This document shows positions 7,311-16,885 of a stretch of 64,000 nt of DNA, in pieces. Location of the stretch: positions 16,177 through 80,176 of the forward strand of contig DAHWNL010000073.1 of NCBI GenBank assembly GCA_027339965.1. Direction: 5' to 3'. Within the stretch, counting starts at the first letter, position 1, and every line of letters starts with the position of its first letter. Origin of the DNA: Granulicella sp. (GTDB taxonomy: Bacteria > Acidobacteriota > Terriglobia > Terriglobales > Acidobacteriaceae). Both the position numbers and the translations under genes were made by a program. Under the pieces are notes generated by a model. That model ran no database searches. It was not told the DNA's origin and was given only the letters and a program-made list of their open reading frames with translations.

Positions 7311-9599
7311 TCAGCCGAAGAGGCTGAGCTGGACGGGAAATTCCGTCGTCGCCGTGCTCGGCCAGGGCGGTGAATCCGGCCTCTTCTTTTCCGCGGCCGG
7401 CGGAATCAGTTGGATGCCTGGTTTACAGGCAAGTACTGGCGGCCCGCCCGGACTCACCACCTCACCGTCCAGCCTCCCTCCGATCACCTCTGCAGCCGGT
7501 CCCAGCTGCTTTGACCGCTCGCGATCGAGCTGGCGCCAGACCTGGTCGGCAGATTCGCCGACCCCGGCCTTCTCGACGAGTTCCCGTGCCATCGCGGACA
7601 TCAGATCCTCGTCGGCATCGAGCGACTGGAGGCCTTCGCCCGAGAACTTGCCCTCCATCATCAAAGCCACGAGCATTTTCTTGCCCATCAGCCGCAGACA
7701 GATCTCCTGCATCGTCCCCTTGTAGGTGAGGAACTTTACCCGTACAGGGTGCCTTTGCCCGATCCGCCAGGACCGCCGGCTGGCCTGACGGAGCGTGTGC
7801 AGCGAATAGCCCGTTTGGTAGAAGTAGAGCGTCGGAAACGCCAGGAGATCGAGGCCCGTCTCCACCAGCTTTGGATGGCAGACGACCACCTCGACCCCGG
7901 ACCCAAGCTGCCGGTCGTACCACTCCTCCCGCTTCTGCGTTGGTACTGAAGCGCGTAGGACGGCAACACGTAGCCCCGCGGCCGACAACACATCTTCGAG
8001 CCGCGCGTTCACGTCTTTCTCACCTGTGTACGTCGCATAGACCTGGCAACGCCGGCCCTGCCGCAGCTCTTCCCGAATGTCGTCGATGAGAGCAGTTTCC
8101 TTCGGATAGAGAGAATCCCGGGAGAGTTCCCGCGGGCTGGCAACGCGGAACTTGTAATACTCCTTGGTGGCTGGATCGAGCGCCCGCGCCCAGATCTCCT
8201 CGAAATCGTACGGATGATCGGGATAGAGCAGGAGCGTGTTCAGCAGCACGCTCATCAGGCTCTTGTTGCCCCGATGTTCCGCCATGGCATTGCGCAGCGC
8301 CTTTTCAAGTTCCTCGTAGGCATCCGCGAGCTCTTTGTTCATGTCGCAGGAGAGCACGCTCTCCGTGTACGGCGGCAGGTTGTCCGCGATGTCTTCGAGC
8401 GCCAGAAAGGCGGTCGTCGACATGAGGAACTTGCCAAACAGCAGAGGCGACGCGCCCGGCTTCCGCACCACCTGCACCGTCTTCTTCGAAGTACGCGAAC
8501 AGGCGTTATCTTCCTCGCGGATCTTCTCGATGGTTTCAAGAACGCCGTACTGCTCCTGAAAGCTTCGCCGACCTTCCCCTCCATACACGAAACCGTCTCC
8601 CGCAATCATCTGTGGTTCCATCCGGTAGAAGACGTTGAAGAGATCATCGGCATAGCCGCCCATCAGCGTTCCCGTGAGAGCGATGAGTCGACGGCCGGCC
8701 CTTGCCAGTACACCCAGAGCGTTGCCCTGTGCTGTGTCGCCGGCCAGCTGGTGCAATTCGTCGGCGATGGCCAGATCAAACCAGCCTTTCATATACCGGC
8801 CAATAAACTCAACCGGCGCCATGCGCTGGATCTTGGACCGGTCCGCCTGCCACAGCGGCGAAAACAGCGTCGTTCCGTCCTTCGCCCGCTCTATCTGTTC
8901 GCTGATCTTCAGCTGATCGAAATCCATTCGCGTGCGGCGACCGCCATCTGGATTCTCGATCGAGCAGCCGGTATCCGGATTGATCACGCCGCCGAGCTCC
9001 GGGCCGCACTTCGCGGTGAGGAAGGCGTGCCGCCAGAAGTACGACAACTTGCCCTTGTCCTTGGGAATGATGAATACCGAACAGTGCGGGCAGCGCTGCT
9101 GCCATCCGTCTCGTCCCACGCCACGCAAATCGGCAAGGGAGAGTTGCATCCCCTCGTACACGATCCTGCCCTTGCGAAGGCGAACTTCGCAGACGCCATG
9201 CGCTTGCTTCGGATCGCCGCCGTTCCGCATATCCTCGACCAGGAAGGTTCGCGCAAAAGGGATCGTCTTGATCGCTTCCCGCGCCCACTTCTTCGCGATG
9301 TGCGAAGGGCACATCACCAGGATGGTCCGTGCCTTGAGGACGTGCGCCACACCCAGCGCCATGAACGTCTTGCCCGCGCCGCACTCAGCGACGATACGCG
9401 CGGCCCGCGCACGCCGAAGATGCTTGGCCAGCCCTCCAATGGCAATCGCCTGGGCCGGGAGCGGCGCCCGCAAGAGGGTCGAGAGATCGCCGGGAATTTC
9501 ATCGGTCGTGCTCTGCAGCGGCGGGTACATCTCCAGAATCCGCGCGCCAAGCTCACTCGCATTTGCGCGGAGATAGCCATAGATATCCGTGACCTCCAT
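7311..9599 (-). CDS. SF2 (SNF2-like) helicase of ICE type
   Basis: Walker A AECGAGKT, Walker B IADELH, LTGTLMGG, VETGLDL, QASRRSWRIGQ. Confidence 0.9.
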   Translation of the reverse strand: MEVTDIYGYLRANASELGARILEMYPPLQSTTDEIPGDLSTLLRAPLPAQAIAIGGLAKHLRRARAARIVAECGAGKTFMALGVAHVLKARTILVMCPSHIAKKWAREAIKTIPFARTFLVEDMRNGGDPKQAHGVCEVRLRKGRIVYEGMQLSLADLRGVGRDGWQQRCPHCSVFIIPKDKGKLSYFWRHAFLTAKCGPELGGVINPDTGCSIENPDGGRRTRMDFDQLKISEQIERAKDGTTLFSPLWQADRSKIQRMAPVEFIGRYMKGWFDLAIADELHQLAGDTAQGNALGVLARAGRRLIALTGTLMGGYADDLFNVFYRMEPQMIAGDGFVYGGEGRRSFQEQYGVLETIEKIREEDNACSRTSKKTVQVVRKPGASPLLFGKFLMSTTAFLALEDIADNLPPYTESVLSCDMNKELADAYEELEKALRNAMAEHRGNKSLMSVLLNTLLLYPDHPYDFEEIWARALDPATKEYYKFRVASPRELSRDSLYPKETALIDDIREELRQGRRCQVYATYTGEKDVNARLEDVLSAAGLRVAVLRASVPTQKREEWYDRQLGSGVEVVVCHPKLVETGLDLLAFPTLYFYQTGYSLHTLRQASRRSWRIGQRHPVRVKFLTYKGTMQEICLRLMGKKMLVALMMEGKFSGEGLQSLDADEDLMSAMARELVEKAGVGESADQVWRQLDRERSKQLGPAAEVIGGRLDGEVVSPGGPPVLACKPGIQLIPPAAEKKRPDSPPWPSTATTEFPVQLSLFG

Positions 9600-9628
9600 G
9601 GGAGCCTCCTGATTGAGTTTGACCGCTG

Positions 9629-10594
9629 GTGCCAGGCGAGAATACAGTTCGGTTCGTGGAAGTTCGTATCAACTACTGCACCGTCTGCTGGGGCTACCGG
9701 AACCGAGCGCTCGAAATCGCCGAGAGACTAAGAACGAAATTCGGTGCGCAGGTCGGAGTGGCCGGCGGTAAGCCTGGTCAATTTGACGTGTATGTGGACG
9801 GACGAGAAGTCGTGTCTCGCCGCGATAGCGCCATTCTTCGGATGAAGCCCGGGGGGCTTCCAGAGGTTGCCGAAGTGACCGGCATTATCGAAAACGGGTT
9901 TGTGCCCCTTGGGCCAGAGCCGCACACTCGTGTTTTCGCCGCCGAAAATGCGAAGCGGTTCTACGATCGCCTCGGGGCTATGCAGGACAGTCAGTTCTAT
10001 GAACGCGCTCCACTCAACGAGCTGATCTCTCACGCCGACTTCGAGCATGCGTTATCTGTCTTTGAGTTGGGCTGCGGAACGGGCAGATTTGCAGCCCGTC
10101 TGCTTGCAGAGCGGCTCCCTCCCCAAGCGCATTACATGGGATTCGATATAAGCACCACTATGGTGGAAATCGCAATACGGCGTTTAACGCGCTGGGGCGA
10201 CCGCGCAACTGTAGAGGAGGCAGACGCAACAAGGGGTCTTCCTTATGCTGATAGTCAGTTCGACCGGTTTGTCGCCACCTATGTATTCGACTTGTTGCCG
10301 GCATCATCAATCGGCTTGGTACTACGCGAGGCCTATCGGGTTCTGAGCCCTAAAGGAAAACTTTGTGTAGTCACATCGACGGAGGGAGTTGGACCCGCTT
10401 CCCGAATAATCAACAAGATCTGGAACGCAATCTACGACCGCAGGCCAGGACTCCTGGGCGGGTGCAGGCCGTTGCAACTCTCGAAGTTCCTCACTGCATC
10501 GGAATGGCGGATTGAACACATGCAAAACCGCTCCTCTTACGGGATTACATCGGAGATACTGGTCGCGACCCGCACCATCGGAGGGTCTGGTTGA
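9629..10594 (+). CDS. Rdx (SelW-like CxxC) domain fused to a class I SAM-dependent methyltransferase; probable start GTG at 9656
   Basis: VRINYCTVCWGY...G..GQFDVYVDG, then VFELGCGTG, GFDIS, LPYADSQFD. Confidence 0.75.
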   Translation: MPGENTVRFVEVRINYCTVCWGYRNRALEIAERLRTKFGAQVGVAGGKPGQFDVYVDGREVVSRRDSAILRMKPGGLPEVAEVTGIIENGFVPLGPEPHTRVFAAENAKRFYDRLGAMQDSQFYERAPLNELISHADFEHALSVFELGCGTGRFAARLLAERLPPQAHYMGFDISTTMVEIAIRRLTRWGDRATVEEADATRGLPYADSQFDRFVATYVFDLLPASSIGLVLREAYRVLSPKGKLCVVTSTEGVGPASRIINKIWNAIYDRRPGLLGGCRPLQLSKFLTASEWRIEHMQNRSSYGITSEILVATRTIGGSG

Positions 10595-10722
10595 AGACCT
10601 GTGCAAGAATGGCAACTGACTTTGCGAGGGAAGGTACGTGCGCAATACGCTCCATTTCCCTCTCATCAGGGACTCCGCCCCCAATACGCAAAGAGACATC
10701 GGCCCGATCTGTGGAAACTTGC

Positions 10723-11409
10723 TCACGCCGCCAACTGCATCGATTGAGACTCAGGCCGCAGAACTTCAGCGAATGTCCCGCTAGACCATCGAACGGGACC
10801 GTTCGATTCTGGAAACGGGAGCTCCTCTCGTGCAACCCCGCTACCCATCCACTCCAGCAACTCCTCGGCTGTCGCAAGAACCACCGCCGCCGAGCAGCCG
10901 ATACTGTCTACAGTTTTGACTCGATCGTTCTTTCGAAGCACTCGCATCATGTACTCCGCCCATTCCGGCAATCCCGGCAGACCATATCGATGGACGAGCG
11001 CAGTCCAGACCTCATTCGGCTCCGGCCGCAGTACAATGGTCCGCGACAGCGACTTCATCCCGCGCAACTCCTCAGAGAGCGCAATCATGTGCCGCACAGA
11101 CTGTTTCCGGCCAGGAATGCTGATATTTCCGCGACTGCAGATGGCCCCTTCCCCCAATGAGATCTCCTGAATCTCCCCATTTGGAAACGTTAGCCGGAAT
11201 CGTGCCTGTTCATAGACGGCGGCCGTGATCGCCCCGACATCCGAATCGTTGCCGAACACGCTCAGGAGATGCGCCTCGTCGTCTTCGCCGATGTAGTGGC
11301 TCACGCGCACCCGGATTCGCGTTGCGATCTTCTCTGTGTACCGCTCATATTCAAGCAGCCCCATCCTCAGGTGGGCATTCTCCATCATTTTCTCCCTCCT
11401 CCGGAGCAC
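10723..11409 (-). CDS. Hypothetical ICE protein between methyltransferase and helicase
   Basis: 228-aa ORF overlapping the MTase end; GLPGLPEWAEY motif. Confidence 0.7.
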   Translation of the reverse strand: MLRRREKMMENAHLRMGLLEYERYTEKIATRIRVRVSHYIGEDDEAHLLSVFGNDSDVGAITAAVYEQARFRLTFPNGEIQEISLGEGAICSRGNISIPGRKQSVRHMIALSEELRGMKSLSRTIVLRPEPNEVWTALVHRYGLPGLPEWAEYMMRVLRKNDRVKTVDSIGCSAAVVLATAEELLEWMGSGVAREELPFPESNGPVRWSSGTFAEVLRPESQSMQLAA

Positions 11410-12424
11410 TTTCTGTCAGCTTCATGGCTTTGCCAGTGACGTATAACAGCCGGAGTTCGTTCGACCATTTCTCCTGCCGGCGGATGATCTTGGTGTCTCC
11501 TTCTTCCTCCTGGAACTCGGTAACGTGTTTAACTGAACGCCAGCGAGCAATGTGCCTGTCCTCTCCGTTGCCGAAGACACCATTGAGCAGCCCTGCGGTA
11601 CAGAGCAGGCCTACATGGCCTCCATGAAGCGGCGTGATCGGCCGGCCGATCGCAATGTCTTCGCTGGGGAGCAGGGCCTGCGCGGCCTGCTTCCATGCGG
11701 CCGAATGCGGCAAAAGGTCTTCGATCAAGTCGTATGGCAGTCCACGATAGGTCAACGCTGCTTCGCCGGAGACCGGCACGGTATACGGCTCAACGGTCTC
11801 TGGAGCGAGATCCGGCAACCTGTCGTATCCGCCATGCTGAGCGAGTGTCCGTATCCGCCGCTGGCTCTCCTCGAGGGCCGCGCCCCGGACATTCCGGCGC
11901 ACACCGAACACGACAATCTGCCGGAAGCGCACAGATTCAGCGTCTGCCATACGAAAGGCGTTAATTCTGGTGAAGTTTGCGCTCAAAATGCTGGCGCAGT
12001 CGCTGAGCTGCTCGAAGGGAATGACGAAGACCAGAACACCGTGCTGGACCAGCCAGTGATGCGTGTGTTCAAGGAACAGCCGCTCCAGACGCCGATTGCC
12101 GGTTAGATTGATTTCCGAATCGTAGGGCGGATTCAGATAAAGCATCGAGAAGCTCTCGACCTTCGCGTGGGCGTCGAACACATTGCCCTGGATCATCCGT
12201 ATCCCGGTCTTTGAAGCTTCCTCCGCACGTCCGGTGTCGAGTTCAACCCCAAACCGAAGTACTGGCGCACCAGCCGTGATCAGGTTGAGTGCCGTTCCTC
12301 TTCCCGCGCAGGGATCGATCACGGAACACGGCCCTGAGAAAATGAGCAGAGACCGGATGTTCTGGGCCTCTGTCAGAGGCAGTGGATAGTAGCCCATCTT
12401 CAGACGCGCGGCGCTGCGGGCCAT
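11351..12424 (-). CDS. N6-adenine-type DNA methyltransferase (DUF6094-like)
   Basis: KMGYYPLP, DPCAGRGTAL, GVELD, LYLNPPYD. Confidence 0.85.
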   Translation of the reverse strand: MARSAARLKMGYYPLPLTEAQNIRSLLIFSGPCSVIDPCAGRGTALNLITAGAPVLRFGVELDTGRAEEASKTGIRMIQGNVFDAHAKVESFSMLYLNPPYDSEINLTGNRRLERLFLEHTHHWLVQHGVLVFVIPFEQLSDCASILSANFTRINAFRMADAESVRFRQIVVFGVRRNVRGAALEESQRRIRTLAQHGGYDRLPDLAPETVEPYTVPVSGEAALTYRGLPYDLIEDLLPHSAAWKQAAQALLPSEDIAIGRPITPLHGGHVGLLCTAGLLNGVFGNGEDRHIARWRSVKHVTEFQEEEGDTKIIRRQEKWSNELRLLYVTGKAMKLTESAPEEGENDGECPPEDGAA

Positions 12425-12475
12425 GGTCGCCTCCTCTTCGAGAATCCTGGTGGTGGGTGAGAGAACCGACTTCCT

Positions 12476-12709
12476 CTATGCGCTCACGGCCGTTACCAGA
12501 GTCAAACTGGTCTGTCGGGAGCCTTGCGCCGGAGAATCCGGGCCGCCATCGAGAATCGGCTCAAGACGCACGACTCGATCGCTGCCACACAGACGACACT
12601 GATTCGGTCCCGAATTGGAGACGTTCCGGCATCCACGGCAGTAGACCGCATGTCTCAGCGGTATTGCGCAGATGCCTCTGTCGGTGGGAAGTTCAACTAA
12701 TTTCGCCAT
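12476..12709 (-). CDS. Small Zn-ribbon protein
   Basis: CRGC...CRLCGS; AGGAGG RBS. Confidence 0.55.
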   Translation of the reverse strand: MAKLVELPTDRGICAIPLRHAVYCRGCRNVSNSGPNQCRLCGSDRVVRLEPILDGGPDSPAQGSRQTSLTLVTAVSA

Positions 12710-12920
12710 GGAGATTTTGCGCCTCCTTCTTTACGGCCACCGTTCGTGAAACCCGGCCGCCGCTCTGGAAGGCAAAATCTGCTTCCGTCAGCCGACGGAT
12801 GCTGAACCGATCGACGCCGGCAGCCCTGATGATCAGTTCCTTGTGTCCTTCACAGAAGACTTCCGTGTCGATCAACCAGGCCGCCCGTCGCCGGCACATG
12901 GAGCACTCTGCGACTCGCAT
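12693..12920 (-). CDS. Small Cys-rich hypothetical protein
   Basis: CSMC...CEGH; GAGG RBS; overlaps the next ORF. Confidence 0.5.
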   Translation of the reverse strand: MRVAECSMCRRRAAWLIDTEVFCEGHKELIIRAAGVDRFSIRRLTEADFAFQSGGRVSRTVAVKKEAQNLHGEIS

Positions 12921-12995
12921 TGGGTTGACCTCAAAAACGACGAAGGGCCACGATTGTTCGTAGCCCTAACCCAGTCGGGATATTCAGTTTTGCGA

Positions 12996-13904
12996 TCAGG
13001 CGGCGGGCCTTCTGGATTGCGCCTCATTCACATGTTCGACGAGCTTTGCCAGCACGCCGAAGTTCGGAATTTCGTCCAGCCTGCGGACGCCCAGACCGTC
13101 AAGAATCGCGTAGAACTCGGTTTCGGCGATCTCGGCTGCCACACGGCGCACCTGCGCCATGCCGCGGACGCCGCTCTCCATCCACTTCAGCACCTCTTGC
13201 TGGACGTGCTGGTTCGGAATGTCCCGTGTAGACCGCACCTTTGCTACGGACCCCAGGATGTTGCTGTAAAGCATTTGCCCGAGATCCCGGCGGCACGCCT
13301 CGATCTTGCCCGTCACGCTTGCATCAAGCGGACCCTTTTGTACGGCGGCCGTCCCGTTGCCATTCCCCTTCCGGGCTGTCCCATTCTGGGCAGGCGCTCG
13401 CCGCTCGCACTCGGGCAGCGCCCAGGACGGGAGCGCCGGGATTTCCCGCGGGTGCTTGTATTCATCAAGATCCACCCACATTTCAGCGAAGTTGTAGAAG
13501 TAGCGGCCGAGGCCGAAACAGCTACAGGCCCGCTTAAACGCCTGTGCTTCCGCCGACGTCATTGCATTTTCATCGTCTGCCCACTCCTCGCCGCTCCCGC
13601 TGTGCATTCCGACGCCGGGGATCGATACGACGCAGGTAACCAGCACCTTTCCTGTCTGGATGGGCTTGTCCTTCTTAATACGGGTGATCGGAGAGACGGT
13701 GTGGACTGCGTATTCCCGTGTCCAACCGCTCGCGGTGAAGATGCTGTTGAGGCGGTCCGTGTAGGCCCGCGGATCGGCATAGGGCGTCACGCGGCCTTTT
13801 CGGCCGTCTCTCGAAGTGGCTGCGACCAGCCACTTCACATCTTTCGAAGCGAATGGTTCCTCCAGACGCACGAGTGCTTCTGCGGCTGTTTGCGCATTTT
13901 CCAT
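12996..13904 (-). CDS. Rad52/Rad22-family single-strand annealing protein
   Basis: LEEPF...VKW, PYADPRAYTDRLN..F...GW, SAEAQAFKRACSCFGLGRYFY. Confidence 0.9.
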   Translation of the reverse strand: MENAQTAAEALVRLEEPFASKDVKWLVAATSRDGRKGRVTPYADPRAYTDRLNSIFTASGWTREYAVHTVSPITRIKKDKPIQTGKVLVTCVVSIPGVGMHSGSGEEWADDENAMTSAEAQAFKRACSCFGLGRYFYNFAEMWVDLDEYKHPREIPALPSWALPECERRAPAQNGTARKGNGNGTAAVQKGPLDASVTGKIEACRRDLGQMLYSNILGSVAKVRSTRDIPNQHVQQEVLKWMESGVRGMAQVRRVAAEIAETEFYAILDGLGVRRLDEIPNFGVLAKLVEHVNEAQSRRPAA

Positions 13905-13987
13905 AATTCACCTTCCTGTGATTTGAGTGCGAGCCGCTACCCGTTGAACTCCGTCAAGGCGGATCCATTGCTTGTCGCAGCTAGTGG

Positions 13988-14815
13988 CTAGACGGACTTG
14001 CTGATCTTCTTCCGTTCCGCCTTGGGAAGCGGAACTTCTTCCAAGACCTCGACAATCTGCGGATATTGCGGATTGTCATTCATTCTTACCCTGAATCCCC
14101 GTCGCCTGTGCAACTGTGCCCCTATCTCGGGAGTGCAGTACACCAGATGCTTCGAGACATAAGAATTTGCGCCTTCATCGAAAACCTCAACTACAAATCG
14201 GTTCTCGCGTGTCGGCCCGACCGTCCTCGAACTCACAATATGGAAAACCACGATCTGGCAAGCAGCGGGGAATAAGGATGATGGACCTCTGAGCTTGGCC
14301 CTCCCGAGCTTTCCGATTACCAGGCCGCGGTCCTTGCGTGGATGACTCTTTGCCGCAGCCTTAGCCAGCTTGTCTACTCTCTTCAAAAGAGGCGTGGATT
14401 TGTTTGTTACCTTGCCTATGTCAATACGAATGCCAGCTTTCAATTTTGCCGAAAGGAACACCTTCCACAAATCCCAATTCTCAACCGGTCGTCCCGATGA
14501 GTTTCGCCACTTCGCCTTCTGCCAATATGGCGCTGAGTACTGGTTGTCCACCACATATTGAGAATCACTGAATATTTGCACCCGCACATATCCGCGTGAA
14601 CCCAACGCTTCGTCTTTTGCCCAGTTCATCGCGGCTATGCACGCAGAGAGTTCCATGCGATTAATCGTGCTTTCTTCAAATCCCTGAAACAGCACTGAGT
14701 GCTCAGTATCGTCGTCCGGGTAAACAACAATCCCAGCGTAGCCTGCTTTCCTTCCCTCTTTGGGATAGCATGAACCGTCGACCGAGATTTGTACGGCGTG
14801 AGGATCGGGTTCCAT
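13988..14815 (-). CDS. Ribonuclease HI-like protein with C-terminal extension
   Basis: VDGSC, STINRMELSA, IFSDSQYVV, PVENWDLW, VDKLAK. Confidence 0.85.
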   Translation of the reverse strand: MEPDPHAVQISVDGSCYPKEGRKAGYAGIVVYPDDDTEHSVLFQGFEESTINRMELSACIAAMNWAKDEALGSRGYVRVQIFSDSQYVVDNQYSAPYWQKAKWRNSSGRPVENWDLWKVFLSAKLKAGIRIDIGKVTNKSTPLLKRVDKLAKAAAKSHPRKDRGLVIGKLGRAKLRGPSSLFPAACQIVVFHIVSSRTVGPTRENRFVVEVFDEGANSYVSKHLVYCTPEIGAQLHRRRGFRVRMNDNPQYPQIVEVLEEVPLPKAERKKISKSV

Positions 14816-14852
14816 CTTGGGTCGATTTTACGTCGACCATCTGCAAGGTCGA

Positions 14853-15302
14853 TCAAAATGGCACGTCATCGTCTGTGATGCCGAGTCCATCGAATTCGCC
14901 TACCGGCTCATTTTGCTGCGTGTCATGCGGTGCCTTTTGATCCGATGCAGCTTTCCCTGAGCGACCGCTATCCGAAAGCAAGCTGATGTCTCCAACCACG
15001 ATCTCGGTGCGGAAGATCTTCTTGCCGCTCTCCTTATCGTCCCAGGAGCGGGTTGTGAGCCGTCCCTCGACATACAGCTTCGACCCCTTGTGCACGTAAT
15101 CGCGGAGGATCTCAGCGCCGCGCGCGTACGCGACCAGGTTGTGCCACTCGGTGCGCTCCTGCCACTCGCCCTGCTTGTCTTTGAAGCGCTCGGAGGTCGC
15201 CAGCGAAAGCTTGGCAACGAGCGTTCCACCGTTTGTTGACGCGATTTCCGGATCCTTGCCAACATTGCCCAGCAACAGGACCTTGTTCACTGTCTTGCTC
15301 AT
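14853..15302 (-). CDS. ssb: Single-stranded DNA-binding protein
   Basis: VNKVLLLGNVGKDPE, TEWHNLV, YVEGRL.TRSW, acidic tail DDDVPF. Confidence 0.97.
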   Translation of the reverse strand: MSKTVNKVLLLGNVGKDPEIASTNGGTLVAKLSLATSERFKDKQGEWQERTEWHNLVAYARGAEILRDYVHKGSKLYVEGRLTTRSWDDKESGKKIFRTEIVVGDISLLSDSGRSGKAASDQKAPHDTQQNEPVGEFDGLGITDDDVPF

Positions 15303-15356
15303 GATTTGCTTCTCCTTTTCCCGCGCATTCGTCGTTCCGGCGCGAACACCGTGTTC

Positions 15357-15572
15357 TTAACTCAAAACGTGCGCGATGGCCCTTCGCAGTTCCTCCGGGT
15401 CGTATCCATTCCCGGTGTAGCGAAAACACCTTCCTTCAGCGTCGAGGTTCAGGTATCGGCGCGTATCGATGTGCTTGTACAGGTAGAGTTCGCCGGAGCG
15501 GCCCATGAACATGAAGTGCTCGCACAGTTTCGGTCCGAGCACCTGTTCCAACGGCGCCCAATCGGTCGTCAT
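15357..15572 (-). CDS. Small hypothetical protein
   Basis: ATG overlaps upstream stop; W.PLE...FMFMG...LYKHIDTRRYLNLD. Confidence 0.65.
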   Translation of the reverse strand: MTTDWAPLEQVLGPKLCEHFMFMGRSGELYLYKHIDTRRYLNLDAEGRCFRYTGNGYDPEELRRAIAHVLS

Positions 15573-15907
15573 AACTGTTTCTCCGCATTCGCGTTGACCG
15601 GCTTCGGGACCTCCTCGAACAGTTCGCCGAGCAGGTAGATTGTGGTCCCGGTGAGGCACATAACCATCACGTAGTCGAAGACTCTGAAATCAAGCCCTGT
15701 CCGACGTATCAAGAGCTCCAACACCATCGCCGCGTGCAGGAGTATCACGAAGGACGCGGCCCAGAGCGCATGACGAACCACACGATGCATCGCGATCTGC
15801 TCGCCGTTCTTGCGGACTTCGAGCAGCACGAAGATTGCGAAGTAGGCACACAGAACGTACCACTCCTGCGCGAGCAGCTCGATCAAACCCTTTAGTGTCA
15901 AATTCAT
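15569..15907 (-). CDS. Small membrane protein (3 TM)
   Basis: Hydrophobic segments; GAGG RBS. Confidence 0.6.
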   Translation of the reverse strand: MNLTLKGLIELLAQEWYVLCAYFAIFVLLEVRKNGEQIAMHRVVRHALWAASFVILLHAAMVLELLIRRTGLDFRVFDYVMVMCLTGTTIYLLGELFEEVPKPVNANAEKQL

Positions 15908-15933
15908 TTCCTCTCCCTCTCCGAAGGTTCAAT

Positions 15934-16245
15934 TCAGCCTTCGAGGAACATTCCGACATCGGAGAACCGGCGCATCAGAGCCAGCACTCCAAGCACCGCC
16001 GGGCCCATGGCCAGTGCATTGATAAGGTCGATGTGATGCAGTTTGCGTTCGAGACTGCTCTCTTCTTCGTCCCGACCGATTTCGAGTTCAATCCTGAGCC
16101 GGACGACCAGAAGAATTGCGACGATGATGGCCGCCACTGCAACCGGCGGATTCGCAACATTGTGCGAGGCCACGCCGATCGTGAAGAGGGTCAGGCCGAA
16201 GCAACGTAGCCGTTCATAGATCCGCGGATGATGCCAGTCAATCAT
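15934..16245 (-). CDS. Small membrane protein (3 TM)
   Basis: Hydrophobic segments; ATGA overlap with upstream ORF. Confidence 0.6.
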   Translation of the reverse strand: MIDWHHPRIYERLRCFGLTLFTIGVASHNVANPPVAVAAIIVAILLVVRLRIELEIGRDEEESSLERKLHHIDLINALAMGPAVLGVLALMRRFSDVGMFLEG

Positions 16246-16850
16246 GCGGACACCTCAACCAGCTGCGGCATCGGCGCTGCCTCCAGCAGATGCGAATGAC
16301 GGCACCCGCAACAGCACACAGCCTCGGTCACTTTCATTGTTGCTTCGGTCCAGAGCGGCCCGGGCGACCCCGGTTCGCCGCTTCGGGTCAGGAAGTGCGG
16401 TGTGGCGCCGCCGCGGAATGCCGCATCCTTCCCCCACAACTCGGTTTCCAGAAATCCGTTGCGGCCGAGAAAGAGAATCGCGCTTCGTAGTTCCGCGCGC
16501 CTGCCGTCCTTTTGTTCGAGCCAATGCGTGGTGATCAGCAGATCGTAGGTGTTCTCAAAGCGGAACATCTCGACGCGAACGAATTCATCGCCGACGATGA
16601 CAGCATGCATGCCGTTCGGGAGGAAGTTCTGGACCCGTTGCAGCCAGGGGACTGCGCAGCCGTCTACACCGACGAAGCCGACGTAGTGGCCCAGGAGTTC
16701 CACCGCTCCTCCCGATTCCTCGCCACGAATCTTCCATGCTTTCGCATGCTGCTGGTAAACGATGTCCAACTGCGGCCGGCAGCGGATGCCAGTCTTCCGG
16801 ATTTGCTCCCGAGTCTCTGCGGGGAGCGCCAGTCCACGCCGCGCAATCAT
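16242..16850 (-). CDS. Hypothetical protein with C-terminal CxxCxHxH motif
   Basis: AAGGAG RBS; co-oriented in the operon. Confidence 0.65.
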   Translation of the reverse strand: MIARRGLALPAETREQIRKTGIRCRPQLDIVYQQHAKAWKIRGEESGGAVELLGHYVGFVGVDGCAVPWLQRVQNFLPNGMHAVIVGDEFVRVEMFRFENTYDLLITTHWLEQKDGRRAELRSAILFLGRNGFLETELWGKDAAFRGGATPHFLTRSGEPGSPGPLWTEATMKVTEAVCCCGCRHSHLLEAAPMPQLVEVSA

Positions 16851-16885
16851 GGTCAGCCGACTCTCCTTCACGTTCACCTCCCTGT

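Noticed and set aside
9671..9697. Selenocysteine in the Rdx domain
   Set aside because: Both positions are TGC (CxxC); there is no in-frame TGA.
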